From NCBI GenBank assembly GCA_977016875.1, contig CDRNST010000382.1:682001-746000 (forward strand): DNA of 64,000 bases. The letters run 5' to 3'. This DNA comes from Pavona decussata (Eukaryota). The position numbers and the translations under genes are program-made. This document shows positions 63,599 through 64,000 of this stretch, piece by piece (within the stretch, counting starts at the first letter, position 1; every line of letters begins with the position of its first letter). The notes beneath the pieces were generated by a model. The model had not been told where the DNA came from, did not search any database, and saw nothing but the letters and a program-made list of their open reading frames with translations.

Positions 63599-64000
63599 TC
63601 TTTTACAAGGGCTCAAAAGTACAAGCAAGGCAATTTTTGAGGTGAGATGGCTTACGGACAACAATTTGCATATCGCGCTGCTAGTATGCAAATTTGTCAT
63701 CACGAACAGGTTTTAACCAGAACGAATATCCTAGCGTTAGAGAGATTTACAATTAAAACTGCTTTCACCCTGCCCTTGAGCCGGCTAAATTTGACATTTA
63801 CTCACAGGAACAACCGTATTCAAACGCTAGTTGAATCACAATCTATATATTTTGATACTTATTTAAACTTACAATCTGACCAAAATTGCATTATTTTAAA
63901 ACACTTTCGCGGAGGTTATAAGCGTGAAATTTAGAAACTTCATACGGTATATATGATAAGATATACAGCTAGTGAGGAAAATGTTGGTAAAAGTAGAAAG

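Noticed and set aside
62914-64000. Exon 1 of gene D
   Set aside because: No YKL.YF/FEDIR-like coding sequence on the - strand; it must lie beyond the window.

Overview
AT-rich, intron-containing animal DNA. The repeat families suggest a cnidarian, probably a stony coral (inference). The window holds a tandem cluster of sigma-class (HPGDS/S-crystallin-like) glutathione S-transferase genes with a 5-exon structure (133/102/116-119/111/177 nt). Genes B (28797-34956) and C (52206-57547) are complete on the + strand. Gene D is divergent and convergent on the - strand (exons 2-5 at 60928-62913; exon 1 lies outside the window). Locus A is unusual: four promoter+exon-1 cassettes (8394, 11156, 13396, 16274) precede one set of exons 2-5 (18698-22214). 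The cassette nearest the shared exons is frameshifted, while the three upstream ones are intact, in the same splice phase, each with its own ARE, and differ at active-site residues. This resembles the variable-first-exon design of UGT1A/protocadherin loci. The rest is a dense transposon landscape: a duplicated Ty3/gypsy element with 64-bp LTRs, IS3EU-like long-TIR elements, a decayed Crypton (DUF3504) recombinase, LINE and Penelope fragments with hammerhead ribozyme motifs, a tRNA-containing tandem+inverted insertion, many MITEs and a 40-bp minisatellite. There is one 143-N gap (12692-12834). All coordinates were counted by hand, and repeat boundaries without a TSD are approximate.
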